Shown here: piece after piece, positions 51,801-64,000 of the stretch
How positions within the stretch are numbered: position 1 is the first letter of the stretch
How the letters are laid out: the number at the start of each line of letters is the position of its first letter
Assembly (NCBI RefSeq): GCF_964355755.1
Contig: NC_092673.1
Span: forward strand, 9,176,001-9,240,000
Direction of reading: 5' to 3'
DNA: 64,000 bases
DNA from: Antedon mediterranea
Lineage: Eukaryota; Animalia; Echinodermata
The notes under the pieces: model-generated
Databases searched by the model: none
The model's input: the letters and a program-made list of their open reading frames with translations, nothing else
What the model was told of the DNA's origin: nothing
Translations under genes and position numbers: made by a program

Positions 51801-54077
51801 AATCAATCCCTTTCATTTTTATTTAATAATTAATAATGTGTACACAAATCACCTAATAAAAGTTTTAATCATAACATCAATAAAATAGATATTTTATTTT
51901 ATTTTATTTTTTTTATTGGAAAATGGATTGGTCCAACCAGATGAATTTATTTGATAATATAATTCATAATAATTGATGGAGCAATATTAAAAAATTGGTA
52001 TTTTAAAACGATGGTAAAATTATTAAAAGTTTACTTATGTTGTACTGGTACACTTAGGACAAACACATTTAATGGAATTATTTTTCTAATATACTAGAGC
52101 ACTTCCATAATCATACAATAGCAGACCTATTTCCATTAGTACAAAACAATTCAATTCATTACATCTAATAATGAGTTTTGCTTTAGTATAGGATCATTTT
52201 TCAGTTACATGGTAGCGTTACATGGTATATGCTGACAATTGCAATCCGAGTTGCTGACAAATGGACTTGAAATATTGATTTGAGTGAAGCAGGAATCCAA
52301 TATATGTTATGAAAATTATTTTCTTTCTCAATATGATTTAAATCAGCAGTAACTGAGAATATTCACCACCACCATCTGCGGTTTTAACATTTAGACCTAA
52401 ATTTAAATCCCGATGTTTCTATCTTTTTTAAAAAACCTTTTTACATTTCTAAGTGGATGCATATTAACCATATTCAGTGGTGCCTGTGTTAAATCAATTT
52501 ATGTAAACATTCTTGTATACATCATTGTGTGACCATGAAGGCAAAAACAGGCCCTGTTCGGACCTATGGCGTTAGACCGTTCTGGCATACGACGCTAAAA
52601 GAATGTGTGTCTGAACAGTTGGGGATTAGTTGTGGAAAATGGTTTATAGTACCGTTGTGGCGTACAACGCTACTGTAATTCAACATTCTATCCAATCAGA
52701 ACATTTCCTGTTATGACACAAAACAAGGTTTGACCTAGGCTGACATCCTGTATCATCAATGTGTGAGATGGAAAACAAAAAAGGCCAGAATAAATAAGGC
52801 CTAACAAGACTACAAATAAAACTGTTTAAAAAAAAAAGCTACAAACTAAATACATGTATCAACTGTACCATTATTTCTTCTAACAAATGAAACAAAATAA
52901 ATGCACCTTGTATTTAAACATAAACGATCCCGTCCCCTTTTATGCCTAGCTAAAGCGATTCACGCATTCATTCAACCTAAAAACTGGCATGAGACATCAA
53001 GTCACTCATTCATAATACTGTATATATACTAGACTAGACAAGTTTAATGCTGAAAACCCCTAACTTCTAACAAATTCAGTAAACAAGGGGAACTGTCTCT
53101 TTTTTACTAGCAAGTTAGGGTTATTTTCAACCGACTAATCACAATCAAATTTTTCCTCCATGTGGTTAACACAACCTCCTATAAAACAATCTCCATCAGG
53201 AGAAGCCTGGGGGAAATGTTTTTACTACAAAATAGAAACATAAATTTGGCTGTACTATATTTGAAAAAAGTAAATGCTGGTATGTTTTATTTACGGCAAA
53301 TTTTGTCATTTTGTCCTAACTTTGTAAGGCTGAGAATGAGATCTAGGCCTATATACAGTGGAAATAATGATGAATGATGTGGGTAAGCACACATGAATAT
53401 ACAACTAGAAACAACCTGAATGACGCACTTCCGCTATGGGTCTTAACACCTCATGTGACCTTGCTAGTAACATTGTACCCTAAAACGGTCTAACATAGCC
53501 TAAAACAGCAAATTGAGATAAATAATCTTCCATCGTTTGTTCAGTGCAAATAATAAACTCACTAACTCACATTCTTGTGAAATACAAGACCAGCCAATTC
53601 TGGCTTATGAGTGAATATATAAAATAACAATTATAAATAGGTACGGATAAAAAAACATCAGAATAACAGTTAGCTAAAAAATCTATTTTGCCACCCATAT
53701 CTGGAATACAAAACAAACCTTATTACTAAGTACTATCTTGTATAGTGTATAATGTATTATAGAGTTTTTGGTGTTTGTGAGTCCACAACTGAAAATAGTT
53801 AAATATAAACGAACTCGAGCTAGCCGTTCAAAAAGTCGCCTACATGGTTTTGATTACATAAATACTGAACACCTTCACAGTTAATAGGGACTTTTAGATT
53901 GGGTGAACATGCACGTAGTCGACTGTTCCCGTCGACAGTTATATGAACATTTAGATTAAGTGGACATTCACATGCCGGTGAATGTATGATGTAATGACCT
54001 TGGGATCTGACCTTGCAATCTCTATAGTAGCGCTCGTCCGTAGTGCTATTTCACTGCGCTGGGTTGGTGGAAGTACA

Positions 54078-54180
54078 CGGGCTTAGGTCAGGCTAAGTGT
54101 GGGGCTTAGGTCAGGGTAAGTGTGGGGCTTAGGTCAGGCTAAGTGTGGGGCTTAGGTCAAGCTAAGTGTGTGGCTTAGGC
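54078..54180. repeat. 23-bp tandem repeat GGGCTTAGGTCAGGCTAAGTGTG, ~4.4 copies
   Basis: Read directly; may lie within a decayed MITE (~53885-54467). Confidence 0.9.
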
Positions 54181-55338
54181 CTAGCCTAGATTCTTAATTT
54201 TCTGAATGAAGGCTGGTGTCCTACTACCTGTATTATTGAAATCTATATTTCAAATAACCAATACAAATCAATAATTCAGAGTTTGCAAATATCATTTGAC
54301 TGAAATTCACTTTACTACGTTCTCAGAAAATCATCGCGACACATTCTTGGCCATTTTGGTACACAATTTCAATGTTATGACATCATATATGATTTATCCA
54401 CTAGTACTTATGTCATAAAAATGACGCAATAGGGTAGCAGTCGACATAATCTAAACAAAATCTCTAATGAACTATACAAATTCTTATTTTACATTTTCCA
54501 CCCAAACTTTAATCGAAATATAAATATATTTAAAAATTGTTACCTTCTTTCTCTCTCGACTCATTTTAATGTATACATGTAAAATAATCCTTTTTATTTA
54601 CAAATACTCTTCAATGACAAGAAAATGCCAAAATGAATAACACATTTAAATAGTATTATAAACAAATGTTAAAGTTTAAAAAAAATCTTAATCCAACAAG
54701 ATTAGTATGTTATCCATATACAGATTAATAGCTGATCCTTAAACACAGTACAGTCTCTTAACTGACAACATCAATGTATACTATGCAGTTACACTGTGTC
54801 TGCATTAAACGGCCAACTTCAATTTAGTCTCCAGGGAAATCATCACCTGCGAATCAATCTATTATATTGACATTGCAGCATAAACATAAGAAAATCCAAA
54901 TATATTTACCTCTTGATATAATGGTTCAATCCAATCAAATAGTAAATGCTAGATTTAAACACATTTATCTTTTAATACGGCTGAGGAAAAGCAGAAACTT
55001 CTTCAAAAACAGTTCTTAAATGATTTTAAGTTTTTAATTAAAATGGTAAAATAGTTATTAATACTTGACCGTTTATAACATGTCAAATTTAAATGTTAAA
55101 TGCTGTTCACATTTTCAGTTGAACTTTATTCCAAATTAAAACCTGAACCAAAATTAGAAAATGATCTTATGTAAGTGTTAAATGGGGAGACTCTTTTTTG
55201 TTTGAGCATGCGCGAGTAGAGACAACACCTAACTTTTACACGCAGGGAAAAAGATCTTAAATTCAGACTAAAGGTAATATATAGCCAACAAACTCTACTA
55301 TTTTTAAAAGTTGTATACACTAACTAAAAGAAGACTGC

Positions 55339-56160
55339 ATGATGGCGACTAATAGGCCTACTAGGGCAAATACTAAATCAATTGACTTAACAAGAAAAGC
55401 TAGACCCTCCGAAAGTCTAGAAGCAGATGATCCAATCGAAGCCTCCGGCGATCGACAGGGGGAAACTCAAACGCTCGCCGATCAACTAGGTAGGCTATCA
55501 GAACAACTTAATGGTAAACTAGATAAAGTCCTAGAAAATCAAAAAAACTACAACAAAAGGCTTACCAAACTGGAAACAACTGTCAAAGATCTAGAAAAAA
55601 GTGTGGAATATGCGCATGATTCAACTAACAAAACGAAGGAAGAAATAAAAAAAATTGGAAATGAAATCAAGAAAATGGAGGAGTATGAAAACAAAATGGC
55701 GGCTTATCAGGATAAAATGGCGGACATGGAAAATTCAATCCTAAAACAAGAAAGATACAGTAGGAGTTTTAATCTAAGGTTTGGAGGAGTTATAGAAAAT
55801 GCTACAGAAAACACCCAGGACTTATTGCAAAAAGTACTACGCGAAGAACTCGGACTCGAGGACATCGAAATTGAAAATTGCCATCGCACCGGGAAACGCC
55901 GTTTAGATAACAAACCGAGGCATATAATAGCTAAATTTCTGTACCGTCCACAAAGAAACCAAGTCCTAAAACTAGGAAAAGTAAAATTAAAAAGTAAATC
56001 ACAAAACGTATTTATTACTGAAGATTTACCTGACGCGGACATGAAGAAAAAGAGAGAATTATCTACAATTATGGCGCAGGCATATGCCGAAAAACGTAAG
56101 CCCGTATTCAGAAATGGACAACTGTTTATCGACGGTAAGCCATACAAGCCACTAAAATAA
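55339..56160 (+). CDS. LINE ORF1 protein (coiled coil plus L1-type RRM, Transposase_22-like)
   Basis: Heptad-rich N-terminal half; ERYSRSFNLRFGGV.E, IENCHRTG, PRHIIAKF, FITEDLP and GQLFIDG motifs. Confidence 0.9.
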   Translation: MMATNRPTRANTKSIDLTRKARPSESLEADDPIEASGDRQGETQTLADQLGRLSEQLNGKLDKVLENQKNYNKRLTKLETTVKDLEKSVEYAHDSTNKTKEEIKKIGNEIKKMEEYENKMAAYQDKMADMENSILKQERYSRSFNLRFGGVIENATENTQDLLQKVLREELGLEDIEIENCHRTGKRRLDNKPRHIIAKFLYRPQRNQVLKLGKVKLKSKSQNVFITEDLPDADMKKKRELSTIMAQAYAEKRKPVFRNGQLFIDGKPYKPLK

Positions 56161-57051
56161 CTATAATTAAGTCATTAAGCCAAATTAATTAATGTTCAAT
56201 TGAACACAATTAATTAATGTTTATGAATTATATTTCATACCTACATTACCGCAGAGTCTATCATTGTCTTGTAGAACGTAGACTAATTATGTGATTGTAG
56301 TAGTATTTCTACCGTTATAAATTGTAAATAAACGAAGTTTGTTTGTTTATGTCGCGCACCTGGCTGTTAGTGTTATGTTCTGGATATCTCTGTCCATTCA
56401 AACTTTAAATCATGTGACCCACGGCAGGTGTGCGTCGATAGTGTTACATAATGAGAAATACCAACAACAATTAAGTGGCTGTTGACGATGTAAGTTTCAA
56501 CGTAGTTGTTTACCGGTAATTCATCGATGAGTTACTGGGTTGATCAAACTCGTAAACGTTAAACACATCGTTTTAATGAAACACAACACAACTAAATGTA
56601 TTTAAGTTATACTATCCGTACTTTACTAGTGATGTATAATGACAAATTATAACAACATTAAGTGGCTGATGTGATTAATAAGTGAGCGCCGTTATTGAGA
56701 CATCATGTTCTAGACCGTTTCAACGTAGCTGTTTACCGGCGATGTTTGACTTACCAGTGAGTAACGATAACTTGCCATAATAATACATTCTGGACATCGG
56801 TGAGTTAGATTGATCAAAATCTTTTAAGTTAACCAAATACTTAATTGGCGTCCATGATCATCATTATTGTTTCACTGCCTGTCGTTTAGTTGTTGTTGGT
56901 ATGTCATGATAAAACAATTCATATTACATTGTATATATTGTAATTTATTGTACATACTTGTTAACTTAGGCTATATAGTGTTAACTATTCTCTGCTGTAA
57001 GCAGCTTGCTCAATTTTATTCATTTGTCATTTCCTTTTCTGTCTAATTTAA

Positions 57052-60015
57052 ATGTTTGAATGTGACCTTTTTGATAATGTAAATGTGAGCACAGAATATT
57101 TTAACGAAGATAACTTAATTTCTTCACTTGAACATTCTAATTTATCATCAAACTTTTCTATATTTGGACTAAACTGTCGTAGTGTTGTTAATAAGTTTGA
57201 CTTAATCTCAAACTATTTAGACTCACTCGTACATGCCTTCTCCGTCATTGCCTTCAGTGAAACCTGGTTAACCGAAAAAGATAATATTAATCTATACCAG
57301 TTACCAGGCTACAGTTTGATTCACAATGATAGGAAAGATAAGAGAGGTGGTGGGGTAGCGTTCTATGTTACCAACAAACTAACATATATTATTAGAAATG
57401 ATCTGTCATCTTGTATGACTGAAGCAGAGACTATTTTTATTGAGATTGAGTTAGAATCAGGAAATAATGTTATTTGTGGTATAGTTTATAGACCACCCTC
57501 ACGTTCCTTGCAAAAGTTTGATGATGAATTAACATGTGTAATGCAAATGATTAATCTAGAAAAAAAGAAAGCTTACCTTGTGGGAGACTATAACATAAAC
57601 TTACTCCAACAATCTACCGACAACACTATCCAATCACACTTAGACACAATATTTTCTCAGTCATTTCAGCCAATCATAAAAAGTCCTACTAGAATATCCG
57701 ATAATTGTGCTTCAATAATTGATAACATTTATTGCAACATCGATTCTTTTACTACGTCCCTTAAAAGTGGAATACTTATTACTGATATTTCTGATCACTT
57801 CCCAATATTCTGTGTAGATACTTTGGAAAAACATAATAAGCAATATCCTCGATTTGTATATAAACGACAATACTCTCCTCAACAAACGGAGTATTTTTTG
57901 CAAGAATTACAAAGTAATCAGTGGAATGATGTGCTATTCTCAAATAATGCGAATGTTGCTTATCAAAATTTTACAAACACTTTAAATAAAACAATTGATA
58001 ATTGTTTCCCTTTAAAACGAATTAGAAATAAGGCGAACAAGTTAAAATCTCCTTGGATCACAGCTGAAATTGCCAGAGCTATCTCTCAAAAACATAAATT
58101 ATATAAAAAGTACAAACAAAATAACACCACTACTAATAAAAGTACGTACATACATTTTAGAAACAAGTTAACCACTACTATTAGAAATCGGAAAAAAGAA
58201 TATTATATGGTCCAGTTTGAACGAAATAAACAAGATATTAAAAAAACGTGGACAATCCTAAATGATATAATGGGTAGGAAAAAGACTACCAATTTGCCTA
58301 CAAAAATAAAATTGGGTACTGAGACTTTCTCTGATAATGATGAGAAAGCTGATGCATTCAACTCTTTTTTTATTAATATTGGAGAAAAACTAAATAATAA
58401 ATTTAGGCATGAATCTCAAAATGAAGAAATCACCCACAGAACTTTCTTAAAGGGAAATTTTACCTCTTCAATGTTTTTTAAGCCTGTTACTGAACATGAA
58501 CTTAACCACTATATTAAAAACACAAAGAATACTTCTCCTGGCCATGATGGTATAAGTGCCCAACTCATAAAATCTGCTTCCCCGTTTATTTTAAAACCTT
58601 TATTGCATATTATTAATACGTCATTATCATCGGGCTGTGTCCCGGCTGATATAAAAATTGCTAAAGTTATCCCGGTATTTAAGAATGGTGACATCTCCGA
58701 TATAAATAATTATCGGCCTATTTCCATTTTACCCTTTTTTTCCAAAATATTTGAGAGGATTGTGTATGATCAAACGATTTGTTACCTCTCAAAATATAAC
58801 GTACTGAGTAAAACACAGTATGGATTTAGACAACACCATTCAACTAGTCATGCTTTAATACAATCGATTGAAAAAATCACAAACGCTATTGAGAATAAAG
58901 AGTTCACACTAGGAGTTTTCCTTGATTTATCAAAAGCGTTTGATACAATCGATCATGATATATTATTAGATAAGTTAAGATTTTATGGTATAAGAGGAGT
59001 TCCGCTAAACTGGTTCTCAAACTATCTTAAAAAAAGACTACAATACACATTTATTGTTAATACTGCATCTAGTAAAATGACAGTAAACACTGGAGTTCCT
59101 CAGGGATCCATATTGGGTCCATTATTATTTCTTATATTCATTAATGATATTAGTCTAGCATGTAACCATGTAGACATGATTATGTATGCAGATGACACAA
59201 ATGTGTTTTATAGTCACAATGATACTCAAGCTTTTGATACAATGAACCAGGAGTTATCTATACTTTCGGACTGGTTTATTGCTAACAAATTAACGCTAAA
59301 TGTAAACAAATCAAAATATGTTATATTTAAGGCTAGAAATAAGTCAGCTGACACTACCTCACTAGAATTGAGGATGGGAAATGAATGTATAGTAAAAGCT
59401 ACTGAAGTTAAATTTCTAAGCTTATTTCTGGATGAAACTTTATCGTTTAATTTTCATGTAAATGAGGTAGCAAACAGTATTTCTAGAATAATTGGTGTCT
59501 TAAACAAAGTGAAGTCTATGTTATCAAGTAAAATCTTGTTAACGGTATACAATGCACTTATATTACCTAGAATAACGTATGCTATCACAGTATGGGGTGC
59601 TACTTCTGCTACAAACTTAAACCGTATACATATTCTCCAGAAAAAAGCACTTAGAAATATTTGTCATGTTCATTTTATGCATCCTTCTCATCCACTTTTT
59701 ATTTCAACCCAAACATTAAATATTTTTGACCTTTATACGAAACACACTGCTATATTTATGTATCAATATAAACATAATCTATTACCTGAATCATTTAATA
59801 ACTTATTTAGTACATCTGCCTCATTCCATAATTACTCAACTAGAAACAGGTCAAACTACTGTCCACAACTAAAACGCACCAAAGTCGGACAGCAATGTAT
59901 TTCCTACCAAGGAACACATATTTGGAACAATTTAACAGACTATATAAAACAATCCCCCACTTTAAGTTTGTTTAAACAGAGATTAAAGCAATATTATAAC
60001 AATAGAAATATTTAA
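57052..60015 (+). CDS. LINE ORF2 (AP endonuclease plus reverse transcriptase), 987 aa
   Basis: APE motifs NCRS, SETW, YRPP, GDYN, SDH; RT motifs NYRPIS, QYGFR, DLSKAFD, GVPQGSILGP, YADD. Confidence 0.97.
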   Translation: MFECDLFDNVNVSTEYFNEDNLISSLEHSNLSSNFSIFGLNCRSVVNKFDLISNYLDSLVHAFSVIAFSETWLTEKDNINLYQLPGYSLIHNDRKDKRGGGVAFYVTNKLTYIIRNDLSSCMTEAETIFIEIELESGNNVICGIVYRPPSRSLQKFDDELTCVMQMINLEKKKAYLVGDYNINLLQQSTDNTIQSHLDTIFSQSFQPIIKSPTRISDNCASIIDNIYCNIDSFTTSLKSGILITDISDHFPIFCVDTLEKHNKQYPRFVYKRQYSPQQTEYFLQELQSNQWNDVLFSNNANVAYQNFTNTLNKTIDNCFPLKRIRNKANKLKSPWITAEIARAISQKHKLYKKYKQNNTTTNKSTYIHFRNKLTTTIRNRKKEYYMVQFERNKQDIKKTWTILNDIMGRKKTTNLPTKIKLGTETFSDNDEKADAFNSFFINIGEKLNNKFRHESQNEEITHRTFLKGNFTSSMFFKPVTEHELNHYIKNTKNTSPGHDGISAQLIKSASPFILKPLLHIINTSLSSGCVPADIKIAKVIPVFKNGDISDINNYRPISILPFFSKIFERIVYDQTICYLSKYNVLSKTQYGFRQHHSTSHALIQSIEKITNAIENKEFTLGVFLDLSKAFDTIDHDILLDKLRFYGIRGVPLNWFSNYLKKRLQYTFIVNTASSKMTVNTGVPQGSILGPLLFLIFINDISLACNHVDMIMYADDTNVFYSHNDTQAFDTMNQELSILSDWFIANKLTLNVNKSKYVIFKARNKSADTTSLELRMGNECIVKATEVKFLSLFLDETLSFNFHVNEVANSISRIIGVLNKVKSMLSSKILLTVYNALILPRITYAITVWGATSATNLNRIHILQKKALRNICHVHFMHPSHPLFISTQTLNIFDLYTKHTAIFMYQYKHNLLPESFNNLFSTSASFHNYSTRNRSNYCPQLKRTKVGQQCISYQGTHIWNNLTDYIKQSPTLSLFKQRLKQYYNNRNI

Positions 60016-63000
60016 GTTAAGTAAATCACATTATGTTATTTTGGTTTGTTCTTTTTGTTTGTACTAATTGTTTGATCTTTTTGTTAGGGTTACATGCTTA
60101 AAGCACTTGTGCTTATTTTGTATCCCATTCCATTATCTTAATTATTATTTGTATTGTATTTTTATTTTTATTATGGAATAAAAATGTCGATGAATTGTTG
60201 AATTGACTCTTTTAAATGCTTTTTGTTTTGGTTTGTTTCAAAGGTCAACAAATAAATAAATTATTGCAATATATAGTGCCTATAATCTAGGTACAGTATA
60301 TTAGCAGAATGATATTTGGGGCATAATAATAATTACCCTTGGGTATAATCAGATGAACTACTGAGACGGAATTTAAAAAGCTAGTTCATACTGTATTTCA
60401 TGCCTGACCCTAGTCAAAACTGAGCTGCAATTATTTTTCCGATTACATCCCACGTGCAGTGGTTTTAATTTGGGTGGGATTTCATATTGGTCCAACACAA
60501 TAATTCATTGAGCACTTTAACTATAGGTTTGTGGCCAGGGGTCACCAAAGGCCTGGCTGGGGTGCACAGGGCTAAGTCCCATGGAAGCACTGGCCCCAGG
60601 AAAAGTTTGTTTCAATCAACATATATATTAAAATGTCTGTACATAAAAATATTTTCTTGCACAAGTTATCGTCATGAATGTTTGGTCGGTAACAGGTATA
60701 TACAGAACATGCCTATTGATTTTCGGAAAATTGATAATATTGATGACTTCACAAAAGCATATTAAATTAAAATCTCAAGTTTCCTGTCTATATGAGCTAA
60801 AATATTAAATAACAAAACAATATTTTGCTCAGTTCCTTAGCACTTAATTTATTATACTACTTATAGTATAGTACTTTGTAGTGCTTTGTTACTTCGTACT
60901 TAGTATAATACTTGCTTTGTTTGTTGACATCAGCAAACGATCATATTGATGACATCATGTGACTAGTGTGGTCACATTTAAAATAAAAAAGGGAACATAA
61001 ATCATACAAATGCCTCATATTGCTCACACATTGTTTTCCGTAATTGTGGTATTGTGGTAATATTTGAATTCGTTTTATTGTGTTTATTTTTATTCATTTA
61101 TATTTTTTTTTTCAATGGTTTTTGATATTTTTAAATTTTTTTGTTGGAGCTTTGTTATCTTTTTACCTACTTTTGTAATTAAATTGTGGTCTAGTTTAGA
61201 TTTTGTTGCTTTAAACAATGAACTTATTATTTACACATTTCGCAAATTCGAATGGCCACACCGTTTTAATCACGGAGCTAGCCATTATTTACGAAATACA
61301 TAATGCTCTAAAGATAGGATTGGGATTAAAACTTCAACGAGACTAAACACTGTTTCAATTTGGCGGCTCGCCATGGTATTTGTAGATTCGGTCATTGCGG
61401 CGCACAACAGAGGAGGTTGCGTAGCGTTTTGAGTTTTGCCATTTTTGTGTGTTTATCCTTAAAATTCAGGAAAGTGATATAGCCTATCGTGTGTGGCCCA
61501 TCAAGAAACATCAGTGTGTCAAATGTGAACATGTACCATTCAGCGTTTTCGGAGTAGATAAAATTATGCATTATTAAAATTAGTTGCATTAGTATATATA
61601 TACCTTTTAGAGAACATGCTTTTTGAATTTCAAGAAAAACTTCACAAAAAAAAATATGTTAACATGGGCCAAAATAATAATCCCCTCCGACTGTCAGTGA
61701 TGATTTCTTGTTTGGGAATATCTCTACCCCCAACATTTCAGCTTCTACATCGGCTTTACTATAAATAAATAGGGTTCAAGTTATATTTAATTAAAATTAA
61801 AACATACTTTTCTTCGATAAAACATCCTTTGCTGTAAAAATCAAGTTTTCTGTCTTTTCTGAAACACATAATATCCCTCCGGATTTTATAATCAACTTAT
61901 AATTGTCTTTTAAAATGAAATATAAATCTGTGTGCCGTTTGGGCTTTCTACTTAATATGTACAGTATATCCAATTCACAAGTTTAACTCAGGTTTAGGGA
62001 TGTTCAAACAAGAGTCACAGTGAACAAACCATTGACCTGTATTAGGCCTACAAGACTCACAACAGTGATTCATGCCTAATGATAAGCCTAGCATAAAACT
62101 ACTGTACTGAATTTGTTGTTATTGATCATTTTTTTGTAAAAGTTTAAAATCATTCGTTCATTGTCATAGCTGTAACCGGCAAAGATGTCAATTACCAGCT
62201 TCTAAATGCAACAAAAAAACAGTGAATTTTGTAAATAAATTATATTTTTTCTTATTCAGGTTATAGTACAGTACCGGTCATTAGTTTCCATTTGAGTTAG
62301 TAGTTAGAATTAGTGTTTAGATCTAATTAGGGGGAAAAAATAATTGTTTTTTGTCAACCGCCACCCTCTAAAAAAGCTATAGGGAGATAAATAAACGTTT
62401 TAAAAATGGCCAAAATCATTCTTTAGCGATATTATCATTTATAACCTAATAAGGACCTATTGTTGGCACATATGCATATGGTACAAGTTTTAACACATGA
62501 CTGAAAAAAATGTAGACTTACATTTTTATTGTAAATTTAAGTATGTAAGTATCTATAGTTTACAGCCACCAATAAATTTAGCCTACATCCAGGTGGTAAC
62601 TAATAGATAGAATTGAAATTATAATAAAAGAGAAATACTACAATTGAAACAGATTACATTAGGCTGAAGACATGTCCAAATATATCATATATATGAAATG
62701 AAAATAGGTTGTGATGATATGTAGACTTAACTAGATAACATTATTGAATAATGCAATATTTGTTAATTAAATAATGATTGAAGTGAGAAATTGATATTTA
62801 TTATTATTAAAATAATTTAGTTCATAAAATTTAACTCACAACAACGAATTGTTTGCATTAATAATAAAATGAAGCTATGAGTTTGTTCCCAACAAAAAAA
62901 AAGTATGGAAAACTGATCTGCAACTGGTAGTATTACAAGGTCCACACAAATGAACATTCCCACATAATAAAGCCTGTCTGGGACTTCGGCCCCTCCATCA

Positions 63001-63346
63001 GGCAAATTCTGGTTCCCACCCCTGCTTAAATTGTTGTTATCAAAGATGTCCTGGTGACATTACAAATGTAGGCCTATTCTTTAAAAACACTTTTTTAACA
63101 TATAAAAATCTACTGTAGTAAAAATTGAGTATGGGCAAGTAAGTATTTTAGACCAACTAGGCCATATTTTTCAATTTTTTACAGTCCTGAGGTTTGTTTA
63201 AAATCAGATAAAGAAGGGATGACAAAGTTCTCTGATAGTGTATAAAGCCTTTAAGGCCGAGTTGATTTCACTATTGGAACTTTTTGAATCACTGAAAATC
63301 AATTGACAAAATATTATGACATCAATAAATGAAAATAAAAGCTTAC

Positions 63347-63507
63347 ATTGCCTTGAAGAGTTCCAATCTTGAACTCAAGTACATACTGTTGTAGAAGAAA
63401 CTGCCAAACTTTCTTGATTCGACTAGTTGGAGCACCAAGAACAATCTTATTGTATTTTAGAGTTGCTGGGTGCTCTGATGTTACCATTAAAATGTTGAAT
63501 TCAGTGG
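63347..63507 (-). CDS. Host exon, C-terminal half of a PH-like domain
   Basis: Acceptor TTTTTTATAG|CC, donor AAT|GTAAGC; 161 bp, phase 1/0; (A)TEFNILMV...KIVLGAPTSRIKKVWQFLLQQ fits the last PH strand and the helix with conserved Trp. Confidence 0.8.
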
Positions 63508-63604
63508 CTATAAAAAATAGAATGAATGTAGTATACAATATTACAAATGTAACCGAATGTGTTCTAACAAATTTATGTTCGTAAATAACCTAAAAGAAAC
63601 TCAC

Positions 63605-63734
63605 CTCGCCTTGTGTTAAATTCCATTATGCTAACTTCAGAGAAGCAAATAGGTGGAAACATTACTTTGATCTTATTTGATGATATTACTTGCTTTGCAA
63701 ATATCAACATATCCGAGAACAGAATTCCAAAAAC
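63605..63734 (-). CDS. Host exon, N-terminal part of a PH-like domain (RhoGEF DH-PH type)
   Basis: Acceptor GTTTAG|GTT, donor GAG|GTGAG; 130 bp, phase 0/1; VFGILFSDMLIFAKQVISSNKIKVMFPPICFSEVSIMEFNTRR; joins the next exon in frame over a 97-bp intron; absent from the ORF track. Confidence 0.8.
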
Positions 63735-64000
63735 CTAAACAATAAATTAGTATCAACTAAATTAAAAACTACAATCAAATGCATTTTTCTTTCTTACAAG
63801 CTCTTTTGATAGGTTGAGGAAAGTACAGTAGCCTCTGGCCACCAAAAAATAGATCTAGGGACATAATTATTAAGCAAGCTATAGCCAGTGGTAAACTTGT
63901 GACAAGCAGTTAAAGTTTGGATATTTTTAATCTTACAGATATTAACTGCTTAAAGGTGATATAGCATTTGATATCCCCGGGGGAATGACTTTTTCTCAAG

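Larger units (their letters stand above)
55198..60204 (+). mobile_element. Apparently full-length CR1/L2-group (Crack-like) LINE
   Basis: Two open ORFs, 891-bp spacer, 3' UTR with AATAAA and short ATTG-type tail; candidate flanking repeat GACTCTTTT at 55189-55197 and 60205-60213, so boundaries are tentative. Confidence 0.9.

Noticed and set aside
55707-56147. 146-aa antisense ORF
   Set aside because: Shadow of LINE ORF1 on the opposite strand.

Overview
AT-rich eukaryotic DNA, probably from an invertebrate animal (species not determinable from sequence alone); most of the window is transposon-derived. The only supportable host coding sequence is on the minus strand: two adjacent, phase-matched exons (63605-63734, 63347-63507) encoding a PH-domain-like segment resembling those of DH-PH RhoGEFs, and a 525-bp phase 0/0 Ser/Asn/Lys-rich exon (20646-21170) that may belong to the same gene across a ~42 kb intron. 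Mobile elements include an apparently full-length CR1/L2-group LINE with two open ORFs (~55.2-60.2 kb), decayed L2/CR1, RTE, Tx1/L1 and Penelope fragments, and a minimal hammerhead ribozyme motif. There are also several Helentron/DINE-like non-autonomous elements (one nested pair ends in a stack of four related hairpins), a solo LTR whose empty site is preserved in a neighbouring duplicate, and MITEs with readable TIRs and 3-, 4-, 5-, 7- and 9-bp TSDs. The six ~500-aa ORFs at 36-37.7 kb are artefacts of a stop-free 18/19-bp minisatellite. I found no prokaryotic-type system or true CRISPR array. All calls were made by eye, with no database searches.
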